DNA from: Candidatus Uhrbacteria bacterium
Lineage (GTDB): Bacteria > Patescibacteriota > Patescibacteriia > UBA9934
Direction of reading: 5' to 3'
Length of the DNA: 64,000 nucleotides
Assembly: GCA_943359345.1 (NCBI GenBank)
Contig: CALRHE010000002.1
Coordinates: forward strand, 705 to 64,704
Shown piece by piece: positions 46,259 through 56,024 of the stretch. The notes beneath the pieces are model-generated. The model did no database searches and was not told the DNA's origin. It saw only the letters and a list, made by a program, of their open reading frames with translations. How positions within the stretch are numbered: the first letter of the stretch is position 1; each line of letters opens with the position of its first letter. A program made the translations under genes and the position numbers.

Positions 46259-47530
46259 TTAACGATCATTCTTATGGTACAAGCGTACACCCTCTAGCCA
46301 AACTCTCAGGGCTGAAAACGGTGGCAACAAATAATAGAAATAGTAAAGATCAGACAGGCGTCGCAGCACAAAGGCTGAGTAGCCCCAGAATTTGATCCCG
46401 CCTAGAGTACCGGCCGCTACCGTGCCCCCAAGTGCCGAGAAAAACGCCCAACGTTTGGGCAGGTGCGCAACTTTCAAAGGTCGACCTTGAATATAACGCA
46501 CGATGTTCTTAGCTAGGTCATGGGCCTGGTAATGCGCAACTTGCGCGCTCTGAGGATCGGCCCGCTCAGTGTGTGGGTTCACCAGGGCGGCACAGTCGCC
46601 AGCCGCAAACACACCTGGATGACTGGCAACCATGTAAGTATTCTCGAGCACAATCCGACCGCGATCATCTTTCAAAAATGGTAACGAGCCAACAAGTGAA
46701 TTGAATTTAACGCCAGCTGACCACACGCACAAATCTGCTGGAAGTTGTACAACGTCTTGATGCTTACCAGTAGCTGTAAAGGCTTTCACAAAACCTTGAC
46801 TAACCTCTGAAACACGCAGCCCTGGCTTCAGGTCGACACCCAGCCTCTCAAGCCTTTTGATAGCTCGCTTGCGTAGTGACGGGGCCAAGATGGTAAACAA
46901 CTCTGGGCTCGGATCAAGGAGCGAGATTTTAATCGCGCCGGTTTCAAGTTTTTCGCGGCGCTCGAGTATCCGGAGGGTGTTTGCAAGCTCGCTCACAAAT
47001 TCCACACCATTCGGGCCAGCTCCAGCGATCGTGATGTATTTAGGGTTGTGAGCCGTGGCTTTGTCTACCAGACGCACGATGGCCTCGTGAATCTTGGCAG
47101 CGTCTTCGAGGCGTTTCAAGACTAGAGCATGCTCGGGTAAGCCCGGAATACCAAAATAATTTGGCTCAGCTCCAAGCGTAACCACTAAAACGTCGTAAGG
47201 TATCTGGCGTTTGCCATCTAGCAAAATTTGCTTGGCTGTCAGATCAACACTCTCAATCCGGTTTTGGATAAAACGAATATGTCTGAAACCTGGTAAACGA
47301 TCATAACCGAAACAACACATCTCAAGCATCTTAGCCTTACTCATCTGCGTCTCACCGCGCAAGGCACCGGTCGCGGCTTCGTACAACCAAGGTGTGTAGA
47401 CGTGAGCCTTGCCAACATCAATGATGGTAACTTCACACAGTTTGCCAACCACCCCAGACTTAACCAAATGCCGGGCCGTAACCAGCCCGGCAAAACCGCC
47501 GCCCAAAATCACCACTCGCGCTTGCGCCAT
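46259..47530 (-). CDS. type II NADH:quinone oxidoreductase-like FAD/NAD(P)-binding oxidoreductase
   Basis: VVILGGGFAGL Rossmann motif at the N-terminus and a second ...ITIAGAGPNGVEF... dinucleotide-binding motif. Confidence 0.7.
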   Translation of the reverse strand: MAQARVVILGGGFAGLVTARHLVKSGVVGKLCEVTIIDVGKAHVYTPWLYEAATGALRGETQMSKAKMLEMCCFGYDRLPGFRHIRFIQNRIESVDLTAKQILLDGKRQIPYDVLVVTLGAEPNYFGIPGLPEHALVLKRLEDAAKIHEAIVRLVDKATAHNPKYITIAGAGPNGVEFVSELANTLRILERREKLETGAIKISLLDPSPELFTILAPSLRKRAIKRLERLGVDLKPGLRVSEVSQGFVKAFTATGKHQDVVQLPADLCVWSAGVKFNSLVGSLPFLKDDRGRIVLENTYMVASHPGVFAAGDCAALVNPHTERADPQSAQVAHYQAHDLAKNIVRYIQGRPLKVAHLPKRWAFFSALGGTVAAGTLGGIKFWGYSAFVLRRLSDLYYFYYLLPPFSALRVWLEGVRLYHKNDR

Positions 47531-47532
47531 AA

Positions 47533-47997
47533 TTAGCCGAACAAAAATTTGGTCACTGCATTTGGTCGCCGTAAATTTCTTAGCACCACGCCATCAAGCC
47601 CTAGAGCGTGTCCGGCACCTCCTGATGCGTACATACCAAACACCAACGCAATCGGAATATACAAAACCCAAATATCAGGGCTCAATTCCCCGCTATTAAA
47701 GGTAATGACAAGGCTTCCAAGCATATACGCGAGCATCACTACTGATGCAGGCCGAACTAACAGGCCTACGATCAACGACAAACCAAGAATCAGGGTCATG
47801 ATTTGAGTAAGTGAACTCCAGGCAATCTCGGACGCGGAAAAATTTAGGTCAGGATTCCACCAAGCTATAGCTCCAGATTGAAGAGCCATCAGCATGAATA
47901 CCACACCAATAAAAACTCGCAGTCCAATAAAACTCCAACCAAATAGCTGACCATTAGTTGCCGCTACAAGGTTCTCAAAATTTGTTTGCACCCGCAT
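47533..47997 (-). CDS. DoxX-like membrane protein
   Basis: Four-TM small protein adjacent to the NDH-2-like gene; probable start at the Met at 47997. Confidence 0.5.
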   Translation of the reverse strand: MRVQTNFENLVAATNGQLFGWSFIGLRVFIGVVFMLMALQSGAIAWWNPDLNFSASEIAWSSLTQIMTLILGLSLIVGLLVRPASVVMLAYMLGSLVITFNSGELSPDIWVLYIPIALVFGMYASGGAGHALGLDGVVLRNLRRPNAVTKFLFG

Positions 47998-47999
47998 AT

Positions 48000-49010
48000 T
48001 TAGGCTTGGTGGGCGGCCATTAAAACTAATTCTGCTAAACGATTGGCATAACCCCACTCATTATCATACCAGGCCACGACCTTTATAAGGTCGCCGTCAA
48101 CCACATTCGTCAGTGCCAGGTCGACTATGGCTGAGCGCGAGTCACCCCGATAATCAGACGACACGAGCGGCTCAGAACTAACTCCCAAAATTCCTTTAAG
48201 GTGAGCTTGTTTACTAGCTTTTTCTAATATTGCGTTAACTTGGTCTTTAGTAACTTTTTGTTTCAACAAAAAAGTCATGTCGGCTAGGGACACAGTTGAA
48301 ATCGGTACACGCACTGACAAACCATCGAAGCGACCCTTGAGCTCAGGAATAGTTTTTGTTACGGCGATAGCGGCGCCCGTTGTTGTCGGCACTATGTTTT
48401 CAGCGGCTGCACGACCTTCGCGTAAATCTTTCTTAGGTCCGTCGACGAGCGATTGAGAGGCTGTGTAACCGTGCACTGTCGTCATGATAGCTTTCTTGAT
48501 GCCAAAAGCTTCTTCAATCACGGCCGTGATCGGAGCCACACAGTTGGTGGTGCATGAAGCGTTGCTAATTATTTGGTGAGTATCAGTTTTTAAATCCTTG
48601 TCGTTGACACCGCGTACGTAGACCGGAATCTCGCCTTTACCAGGAGCTGACAAAACTACTCGGCGTGCACCGGCCGTAATGTGAGCGATAGCCTGGTCCT
48701 CACTCGTAAACAATCCGGTTGACTCGATGACAACGTCAACCGCGTGTTTACGCCAGGGCAACATAGTTGGGTCTTTTTCGGCGTAGACTGGAATCTTTTT
48801 TCCGCCGATTACCAACATGTTCGAACCAGCAGCTTTTACAGGCACGTTCCACATCCCGTAGTTACTGTCATATTGCAGCAAATACGCCAAGGTCTGGGCA
48901 TCCGCCAAATCATTAATGGCTACCACCTCCAAATCAGGGTGTTCAAACCAAGCCGCTTTTAATACTGCTCTACCAATCCTGCCAAAGCCGTTAATTGCTA
49001 CTCTAACCAT
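48000..49010 (-). CDS. gap: glyceraldehyde-3-phosphate dehydrogenase
   Basis: VRVAINGFGRIGR...ASCTTNC... Confidence 0.9.
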   Translation of the reverse strand: MVRVAINGFGRIGRAVLKAAWFEHPDLEVVAINDLADAQTLAYLLQYDSNYGMWNVPVKAAGSNMLVIGGKKIPVYAEKDPTMLPWRKHAVDVVIESTGLFTSEDQAIAHITAGARRVVLSAPGKGEIPVYVRGVNDKDLKTDTHQIISNASCTTNCVAPITAVIEEAFGIKKAIMTTVHGYTASQSLVDGPKKDLREGRAAAENIVPTTTGAAIAVTKTIPELKGRFDGLSVRVPISTVSLADMTFLLKQKVTKDQVNAILEKASKQAHLKGILGVSSEPLVSSDYRGDSRSAIVDLALTNVVDGDLIKVVAWYDNEWGYANRLAELVLMAAHQA

Positions 49011-49151
49011 ATTGTCTAGATTATAACATTAAGTCTGGAATATGGGGTCGACTATCACTGCCAGATGGCCATAAATAGGCCAGTTTTCACAGTCCTGCAT
49101 AAAAAATCTAAAAAAAATGGCTAACCTACGCTAAAAAGCCCTATTTTTTAC

Positions 49152-49180
49152 TTGACTTTTAGGCTAGTAAATGCTATCCT
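49152..49180 (+). promoter_or_regulatory. sigma70-type promoter, TTGACT-N17-TGC-TATCCT
   Basis: Third copy of the promoter architecture, followed by the conserved TCCGGGTTGC box also seen downstream of the 14145 promoter. Confidence 0.45.
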
Positions 49181-49278
49181 TCCGGGTTGCCTCTGGGCAT
49201 CCGTTCTCGAAAGCTAAAGCTGGTCGGGAATGCCTTCACAATCAAAGCCCCAGAATAGTCTGGGGTTGGGAGATCGAC

Positions 49279-50673
49279 ATGAACAGCAATCGCCTGCTGC
49301 CGCTCATCGGCATGCTTGCCACCCTCAACCTGTCCGCCTGCGCCATCGAGCGTGGAGCGGAAAAGCCCGCCAACACGCCCTCGCCGGCTCCGGCCTTCGA
49401 GGACACCGTTCCGAGCTTCGGCGAGGCGCCCCCGGCGCCTCCAGCCGACGACACCGAACCCGTCGATCTGGACGGTGACGACGACGGCTTCAACGCCGAC
49501 GTCGACTGCGACGACGCCGACCCGGGCATCAACCCCGGTGCATCCGACGACACCTGCAACGGCGTCGATGAGAACTGCGATGGCGCCGATCTGAACGTCA
49601 GCTTGCGCATGCTCGGCAACGAGTGTGGCAGCGTCGACGCGGACAGCGACAACTACATGGATTTCGGCTTCGACGAAGACGGAGTCCCGTACGTGGTCGA
49701 CTGCGACGACGCCAACCCGCTCGTCAACCCCGGCATGACCGAGGTGACGTACGACGGGCTCGACCAGGACTGCGATGCCACCACCCTGGACGACGATCTC
49801 GACCAGGACAGCTTCCTCCTGATCGATGATTGCAACGACGCCGACCCGGACATCAACCCGGACGCAGTCGAGATCTGCGGCAACGACGTCGATGAGGATT
49901 GCGATGATTCGGCGCCAGCGCTCGGTGCGATCTTCCCGGATGCCGACGGTGACGGGTACGGAGACATGAACTCCGGCGACATCGACACTTTCGTGTGCGA
50001 GGACGCTGTCCCCGAGGGCTTCGTCTTCGGTGATCGCCTGGACTGCGATGACCTCGATCCCGCCATCCACCCGGACGCGCCCGTCATCTACTATGACGCT
50101 GTCGACGACAACTGCGACGGCATCGTGGAAGACGACCAGGACTGCGACGGCTACCTGCTCGCGGTCGACTGCGATGACCTCGATCCCGCCATCCACGAAG
50201 ACTGCGAGGTCGTCGTGGAAGACCCGCCGGAAGAGCCGGTGGTCGAAGATCCGGTTGTGGCCTTCTGCGACGTGGGCTTCAGCATCGTGAGCGGCGTGTT
50301 CATCGCTCCGGCAGGGTCGACCTTCGTGTCGATCTACGGACGCCGCACCGGCTCCGACATGTCATTCAGCGATGACGTGTCGTGGACGGACGAGATCAGC
50401 GATCCCACCGACATGACCGTCGTCTACCTGGGCAACACCGTCGCGTTCCTGCTCGACACCTGCGTCGAAGATGCGGATGCCGAGTGGGTCGTCAACGGCG
50501 TCTACACGGATGCCGACGGCGACAGCCACTGGATCTGCGAAGGCGGGGCTCTCACCACCGTCTTCCAGGAAGCCTGGTACGACCTCGGCGCGGACGACGC
50601 CTTCGACCTGCCCGTCACCGCCGACGTGTGGGACCCCGCCGGCTTCGGCTGCGACGCCACCTGGTCCATGTGA
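49279..50673 (+). CDS. lipoprotein with tandem MopE-like Cys/Asp-rich putative metal-binding repeats; compositionally foreign (GC-rich)
   Basis: GGGAG RBS then ATG. Lipobox LNLSAC. At least five CDDxDPxINP...C-containing repeats. Codons are almost all G/C-ending (gac, tgc, ggc, gtc), which opens ORFs in all six frames. The stop is TGA. Confidence 0.6.
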   Translation: MNSNRLLPLIGMLATLNLSACAIERGAEKPANTPSPAPAFEDTVPSFGEAPPAPPADDTEPVDLDGDDDGFNADVDCDDADPGINPGASDDTCNGVDENCDGADLNVSLRMLGNECGSVDADSDNYMDFGFDEDGVPYVVDCDDANPLVNPGMTEVTYDGLDQDCDATTLDDDLDQDSFLLIDDCNDADPDINPDAVEICGNDVDEDCDDSAPALGAIFPDADGDGYGDMNSGDIDTFVCEDAVPEGFVFGDRLDCDDLDPAIHPDAPVIYYDAVDDNCDGIVEDDQDCDGYLLAVDCDDLDPAIHEDCEVVVEDPPEEPVVEDPVVAFCDVGFSIVSGVFIAPAGSTFVSIYGRRTGSDMSFSDDVSWTDEISDPTDMTVVYLGNTVAFLLDTCVEDADAEWVVNGVYTDADGDSHWICEGGALTTVFQEAWYDLGADDAFDLPVTADVWDPAGFGCDATWSM

Positions 50674-50766
50674 CCACTCAGGCCGCCTACTTGTTCGTGT
50701 GCACTCTGTGCGCACGGGCAGGTATGGCGGCCTTTTGAATTACCGCACTTTGTCTTCACCGTTTAT

Positions 50767-50892
50767 TTACACAGATAGTTAAAGCCTTAACAGATTTTAC
50801 ACAAGTACAAAATACGAGTCCTGATAGAGACCCGTATTTCGTTGTCCGTATCTGCGTAAAATCTGTAATCGCCTAATCACTATCTGTGTTAA
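50767..50892. mobile_element. miniature inverted-repeat element, copy B (118-bp core, TTTA/TTAA flanks)
   Basis: TIRs TTTACACAGATAG... and ...CTATCTGTGTTAA; an internal inverted ACAGATTTTAC repeat; the right TTAA contains the tsf stop codon. Confidence 0.5.
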
Positions 50893-51482
50893 TTCCCCAA
50901 AGTCAAACGCACAAAACGACCGATGCGAATATTTTCTCCAATAGCAGCAACTTTCTGTTCGAGTAAGTTAGCAATCGTGATGGCGTCATCTTTTACAAAC
51001 TTCTGATCCATGAGCACGATGTCTTCATAAAACTTGTTGAGCTTGCCGTCCAGGATTTTTTCAATGACTTCGGCTGGTTTACCCTCAGCTTTTAGCTGCT
51101 CGACATGAAAAGCTTTCTCTTTCTGAACTACTTCATCGGGAACATCAGCTCGAGAGGTGTATTGCGGGGCGGCGGCTGCGATGTGCAACGCTAGGTCCTG
51201 GCAGAAGTTTATGAAGTCTTGGTTACGAGCTACAAAGTCGGTCTCACACATAATCTCCACCATCACGGCCACCTTGCCGTTTGAATGAGTATAAGTGTGA
51301 ACCCGTCCTTCAGCGGTAGCGCGGTCAGCCTTTTTAGCCATTTTGAGAGCGCCACTCTTACGCAACCATTCAAGCGCTGCCTCCATGTTTCCGTTAGTTT
51401 CAGTGAGAGCCTTCTTGGCATCCATCATGCCGGCACCCGTCATTTCACGTAGCTTGGCAACGTCGCCTGCGGTTATTGTCAT
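50889..51482 (-). CDS. tsf: elongation factor Ts (short form)
   Basis: ...ITAGDVAKLREMTGAGMMDAKKALTETNGNMEAALEWLRKSG... UBA-like N-domain and a core domain. Confidence 0.85.
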   Translation of the reverse strand: MTITAGDVAKLREMTGAGMMDAKKALTETNGNMEAALEWLRKSGALKMAKKADRATAEGRVHTYTHSNGKVAVMVEIMCETDFVARNQDFINFCQDLALHIAAAAPQYTSRADVPDEVVQKEKAFHVEQLKAEGKPAEVIEKILDGKLNKFYEDIVLMDQKFVKDDAITIANLLEQKVAAIGENIRIGRFVRLTLGN

Positions 51483-51483
51483 A

Positions 51484-52326
51484 TTATTTCTTGTCAGCGA
51501 GCTTATCGGCCGTCTTCAGACTCGCCATTTCTTCTTTGATTTTATTATCCAGCTCATCAACAACCTCCTTAGCTTCAGCTGAAACACGAACTTCTTCTTC
51601 AAGCTGCTTGCGTACTTGAGCGGCGGCTTGAGCCTCAGAGGCTGCCTTAGTCTTGCCGTCCTGGACGGCGCCAGCCACAAGCTTGGTGATAAGGTCGAGA
51701 GAGTTTACAGCGTCATCGTTGCCAGGAATAACGTACTCGATACCGGTTGGGTTAACGTTACTATCAACCAAAGCAACCATAGGTACCCGCATAGTCTGAG
51801 CCTCACGTACAGCCGTCTTTTCATGACGCGCGTCCAAGATGAACAAGGCATCTGGCACACGAGTCAAAGTCGACAAACCACCAATCTTTTCATCCAGTTC
51901 AGCGATCTCACGATCAAACTGGAGCTGTTCGAGTTTAGTGTACTTCTTAAGTTCGCCTTTTTCACGCTTATCCTTCAAGTCGAGATAGTGACGGATTAAA
52001 CGCTGCAGCTGAACGTAGTTGGTAAGTGTACCACCAAGCCAACGAACGTTCACAAACGGCATACCGCATTCGGTAGCGTACTTAGCTACGATGGTCTGAG
52101 CCTGACGCTTGGTACCCACGAACAAAATGCTACCGCCACGGGACACCGTGTTGGTCACATAGTTCAAAGCTTTTTCGAGCTGCTCAGCTGTCTTTTCGAC
52201 GTTAATGATGTGCACGCCGCCGCGTTCACCAAAGATGAACGGTTTCATTTTGGGGTGCCACTTAGCGGACTGATGTCCAAAGTGCACACCGGCCTTGAGC
52301 ATCTCAAGGGATGAGGGGATCTTCAT
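51484..52326 (-). CDS. rpsB: 30S ribosomal protein S2 with a K/E-rich C-terminal extension
   Basis: ...MLKAGVHFGHQSAKWHPKMKPFIFGERGGVHIINVEKT...; start at the Met at 52326 by alignment with S2 N-termini. Confidence 0.85.
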   Translation of the reverse strand: MKIPSSLEMLKAGVHFGHQSAKWHPKMKPFIFGERGGVHIINVEKTAEQLEKALNYVTNTVSRGGSILFVGTKRQAQTIVAKYATECGMPFVNVRWLGGTLTNYVQLQRLIRHYLDLKDKREKGELKKYTKLEQLQFDREIAELDEKIGGLSTLTRVPDALFILDARHEKTAVREAQTMRVPMVALVDSNVNPTGIEYVIPGNDDAVNSLDLITKLVAGAVQDGKTKAASEAQAAAQVRKQLEEEVRVSAEAKEVVDELDNKIKEEMASLKTADKLADKK

Positions 52327-52363
52327 AACTTTCCTTTTAACCTCGATCAAGCCTCGCCTTGGG

Positions 52364-52397
52364 CCCTTCGACTCCCGTTAACCGGGGTCGCTCAGGG
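52364..52397 (+). repeat. conserved intergenic motif, copy 1 (CCCTTCGACTCCC-gttaacc-GGGGTCGCTCAGGG)
   Basis: Both 13-14 nt blocks recur at 63492..63555 upstream of rplK; this copy is 38 nt upstream of the rpsB start codon. Confidence 0.45.
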
Positions 52398-52506
52398 AGG
52401 ATCCTTAGCTTTATTTACGGCCGATCTGTGGGATGAAATTCTTTAAAGCGCCTTTTTCAAGGGCGGCAAAAGTGTACTGAAGTTCGCTAAAAAGGTCAAA
52501 TGGCGA

Positions 52507-53514
52507 CTAAATAATAAACATCGCGTCGCCAAACGAGAAAAACCGGTAACCATTTTCCTTGGCCGCTTCATAAGCTGCCAAAATGTGTTCACGACCAGCT
52601 AGGGCCGAAACAAGAACGAGCAAAGTCGACTTGGGTAAATGAAAATTCGTGATCAAACCGTCGATGATCTTAAACTCATAGCCTGGCGTGATGAACATAT
52701 TCACGTCACCTTCATAGGCTACCAGCTTACCGTCATGCGCGCTCGCAACTCCCTCCAGAACTCGCGTAGTGGTAGTCCCAATAGCGATTACACGACGACC
52801 TTCACGCTTGGCATCGTTAATGCGTGTCGCGACGTCAGCTGGCACACTCACCCACTCGCTGTGCATCGTGTGTGCTTCCAGGGTGTCGACCTGGACGGGT
52901 CTAAAAGTTCCAAGACCAACATGGAGTACAACATACTCAACCTGAACGCCCTTAGCTTTAAGCTTCTCAAGGAGCTCGACCGTAAAATGAAAGCCCGCCG
53001 TCGGAGCTGCGACTGAACCGACCTGTTGAGCATAAACATTCTGATACTCCTTTTCGACCTTCGTCCCCTTTACATAAGGCGGCGTCGGGATCTGTCCGTG
53101 CTCAGCGCAAAATTTGTGCATGTTGACCGCCGACATACCGGTGCCGACAATAACCACGCCATCTGCAAACTTGTGCTCGAGCTTAAAAGCGCGGCCGAAC
53201 ATAGCCACTGACGAACCAGACTTAAATTTCTTGCCAGGCTTTAAAAGTACCTCGGCTCTATTGTCGATAATTTTCAAAATGAACATCTCAATTCCCCCAT
53301 CGATCAGACGTGCCTTGAAAACCTTTGAAGTATTAAACACCAAAACGTCACCGGCCTTTAAAAGATCGACAAGTTCATAAAAATGCCGGTGGTCGAGCTC
53401 CCCCGTAGCTCGATCGACGACCATGAGCTTAGAGTGATCCCGGGGCTCGACTGAGCGCTGGGCAATGAAGCGTTCTGGCAAAGCGTAGTTAAATAAACCA
53501 ATATTTGTGCCCAT
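52507..53514 (-). CDS. queA: S-adenosylmethionine:tRNA ribosyltransferase-isomerase
   Basis: ...FNYALPERFIAQRSVEPRDHSKLMVVDR...; the ORF-track N-terminal 52 aa is read-through, and the start is at the Met at 53514. Confidence 0.8.
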   Translation of the reverse strand: MGTNIGLFNYALPERFIAQRSVEPRDHSKLMVVDRATGELDHRHFYELVDLLKAGDVLVFNTSKVFKARLIDGGIEMFILKIIDNRAEVLLKPGKKFKSGSSVAMFGRAFKLEHKFADGVVIVGTGMSAVNMHKFCAEHGQIPTPPYVKGTKVEKEYQNVYAQQVGSVAAPTAGFHFTVELLEKLKAKGVQVEYVVLHVGLGTFRPVQVDTLEAHTMHSEWVSVPADVATRINDAKREGRRVIAIGTTTTRVLEGVASAHDGKLVAYEGDVNMFITPGYEFKIIDGLITNFHLPKSTLLVLVSALAGREHILAAYEAAKENGYRFFSFGDAMFII

Positions 53515-53652
53515 AACGCCCCTTAGGATACCTGTGGCCAGGGTATTTGACCACTCGACTTCGCTCGTGGTCAATCCTGAGTTTATCCAGGGGTTTATCG
53601 AAGGGTTGACAATAACCCCAGATTTTATTACTCTACGGGCAACATTTTTGTT

Positions 53653-53967
53653 ATGAAACCCTCTATTCACCCCGATTACTATCCTAACGCCGCGATTGTT
53701 TGTGCTTGCGGTGCAACATACAAGACGGGCTCAAGCCAGGAGCACATCGATATTGAGTTGTGCGCTGCTTGTCACCCATTCTTCACCGGTAAGCAAAAAA
53801 TTGTGGACAGTGCCCGTCGCGTTGAAAAGTTCACTGATCGTGGTACTAAAAAGACCACTGCCGTTAAGACTTCTAAGGACAAGGCTGCTGATCGCGCCGC
53901 CCGGGCCCAAAAGAAATCAGAAAAGAAAGCTGCTAGTGATACGTCTATCAAAACCAGCCGTTCTTAG
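53653..53967 (+). CDS. rpmE: 50S ribosomal protein L31 with a Lys-rich C-terminal extension
   Basis: MKPSIHPDYYPNAAIVCACGATYKTGS...CAACHPFFTGKQKIVD...RVEKF. Confidence 0.8.
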   Translation: MKPSIHPDYYPNAAIVCACGATYKTGSSQEHIDIELCAACHPFFTGKQKIVDSARRVEKFTDRGTKKTTAVKTSKDKAADRAARAQKKSEKKAASDTSIKTSRS

Positions 53968-54000
53968 CTGCGACGAAAACACTTTGCCTATCTGGGCAGA

Positions 54001-55113
54001 GTGTTTTTGTTTATACTAACTCCATCTATGGAATTTGATCATCTAATTGCAGATAAACGCCGAGAGGTCGAACGCTTAGAGCAGGATCTCATGAATCCGG
54101 CCGTGCTTGGTGATCGCAAAAAGTTACGCGAGGTGAATACCGCCTATCAGCTCCTCAAGCAAACTTTGGCCGTGGCTGATGACTACCAAGAAATTGTTGG
54201 TCATCTAGCCAGCGCGAAAGCTACGCTACAGGATCCTGATCCGGAGATGCGAGCCCTAGCCGAAAACGAGGTAGCCGAACTCAGTGCCAAACTCCCTGAA
54301 GCTGAACGAGCACTTGAACTCGCCTTGTTGCCACGCGACCCAGTGGATGAACACGACGCGATTGTCGAAATCAGAGCTGGTACCGGCGGCGATGAAGCCG
54401 CATTGTTTGCTGCCGATCTGTACCGCATGTACACCCGTTATGCCGAGCGTCACGCTTGGAAGACCGCGCTCGTGTCACAAAGCCAGAATGATCTGGGTGG
54501 TTTTAAAGAAATCATCATCGAAATTTCAGGCGTAGGCGTTTACGGCATCATGAAACTTGAAAGTGGTGTGCACCGTGTGCAACGCGTGCCGACAACTGAG
54601 AAAGCCGGCCGAATTCATACTTCAACCGTAACCGTAGCCGTCTTGCCAAAACTTGAGGAAGAAGAATTTGATATCAATCCCAAGGATATTAAAATTGAAG
54701 CCACAACCTCTCAAGGCGCTGGTGGACAAAGCGTTAACACCACTTACTCCAGCTGTCGCGCCGTTCACATTCCGACTGGAATTACGGTGGTGTGTCAGGA
54801 TGAACGTTCATTTAGCCAAAATCGTGACCGGGCTCTGTCAGTTTTGCGCTCACGTGTTTACACCCAAGAACAAGACAAGAAACGTGCAGCACTGGAAGCT
54901 GAGCGTAAAGGCCAGATCGGCACTGGTGAACGATCGGAAAAAATTCGCACTTACAACTTCCCGCAGGATCGGATTACTGATCATCGTTTAAAACAGTCGT
55001 GGCACAACCTGCCAGGAATTTTGGACGGTGCTATCCAAGACATTGTAGACGCTTTACGCTTAGCTTCGCGTAACCAACTTTTGGCCGTGAGCGATGACGA
55101 AGACGAAGACTAA
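54001..55113 (+). CDS. prfA: peptide chain release factor 1
   Basis: GGQSVNTT (GGQ motif), RVQRVPTTE (PxT-type codon-recognition tripeptide typical of RF1); probable start at the Met at 54028. Confidence 0.85.
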   Translation: MFLFILTPSMEFDHLIADKRREVERLEQDLMNPAVLGDRKKLREVNTAYQLLKQTLAVADDYQEIVGHLASAKATLQDPDPEMRALAENEVAELSAKLPEAERALELALLPRDPVDEHDAIVEIRAGTGGDEAALFAADLYRMYTRYAERHAWKTALVSQSQNDLGGFKEIIIEISGVGVYGIMKLESGVHRVQRVPTTEKAGRIHTSTVTVAVLPKLEEEEFDINPKDIKIEATTSQGAGGQSVNTTYSSCRAVHIPTGITVVCQDERSFSQNRDRALSVLRSRVYTQEQDKKRAALEAERKGQIGTGERSEKIRTYNFPQDRITDHRLKQSWHNLPGILDGAIQDIVDALRLASRNQLLAVSDDEDED

Positions 55114-55121
55114 GCTTTGGT

Positions 55122-56024
55122 ATGAGTTTGCTGACGATTTTTGAGTCCCTGACTTGGGCAGCTGACAAGCTCAAACAGGCTGAGCCAAGTGTTGTTTTGG
55201 GGGCTCGCAATTCCAAGCTCGACGCTCAAGTTTTGTTGGCCGCCTGCCTTGAAAAATCAACTGCGTATCTATTTGCTCATGGCGACGAGCAACTCGAAAC
55301 TGACGTTAGCGACCGCTTCATGCGTCTGGTCGATCGTCGCGCCCGCCACGAGCCCGTGGCCTACCTGCTCGGTGAGAAAGACTTTTATCGCCGTACCTTT
55401 GAAGTTACACCTGCGACACTTATTCCTAGGCCTGAAACCGAACTCCTAGTCGACCTCGTGCGTCAAGAGGTCGACAACACCAGTCTCATTGTAGATGTAG
55501 GTACAGGCAGCGGAGCGATAGCCGTTACGCTAGCTGCCGAAACCGGTAGCGAAGTTATTGCTATCGATCTATCTCACGAAGCTCTAAAAGTTGCCCATCA
55601 AAACGCCAAATACCACCAGGTCGCGGATAAAATCGCTTTTCTTGAGGGTAATTTGCTCAAACCCTTCTTTGAAAGTTACCACGCTTGGTCACCCCGCTCA
55701 CGTCCGCAAACTCTGCTGATTGCCGCTAACCTCCCTTACCTGACCGGTCGGACGTGGGAGGGATTGGATCCTGATGTCAAAAACTATGAACCCAAAACCG
55801 CCTTGGTGGGCGGTTTGGATGGGCTTGAGTTGTATGACGAACTTTTGCAGCAACTGGCAGCTAGACGCAAGGATCTCCCAACTAAGGTGAAAATCTTTTT
55901 TGAAATCGACCCCTCACAAGCCAGCGCCGCGACCGCCTTAGTGCAGCATTATTTCAGAGGTACTCCCGTTCAATGCGTACAGGACCTGGCCGGGCAGTTT
56001 AGATTTATAACGGCCGGCTTATAA
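55122..56024 (+). CDS. prmC: release factor glutamine N5-methyltransferase
   Basis: ...VDVGTGSGAIAV... SAM-binding motif and IAANLPY (a variant of NPPY). Confidence 0.8.
   Translation: MSLLTIFESLTWAADKLKQAEPSVVLGARNSKLDAQVLLAACLEKSTAYLFAHGDEQLETDVSDRFMRLVDRRARHEPVAYLLGEKDFYRRTFEVTPATLIPRPETELLVDLVRQEVDNTSLIVDVGTGSGAIAVTLAAETGSEVIAIDLSHEALKVAHQNAKYHQVADKIAFLEGNLLKPFFESYHAWSPRSRPQTLLIAANLPYLTGRTWEGLDPDVKNYEPKTALVGGLDGLELYDELLQQLAARRKDLPTKVKIFFEIDPSQASAATALVQHYFRGTPVQCVQDLAGQFRFITAGL

Noticed and set aside
49174-50782. Many long overlapping ORFs on both strands (for example 49174..50196 minus, 340 aa; 49653..50087 minus; 50382..50738 plus)
   Set aside because: These are artefacts of the very high GC content of the 49279..50673 gene. 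They are low-complexity R/A/G/S-rich translations without start context. Only the plus-strand lipoprotein frame has an RBS, lipobox and repeat structure.
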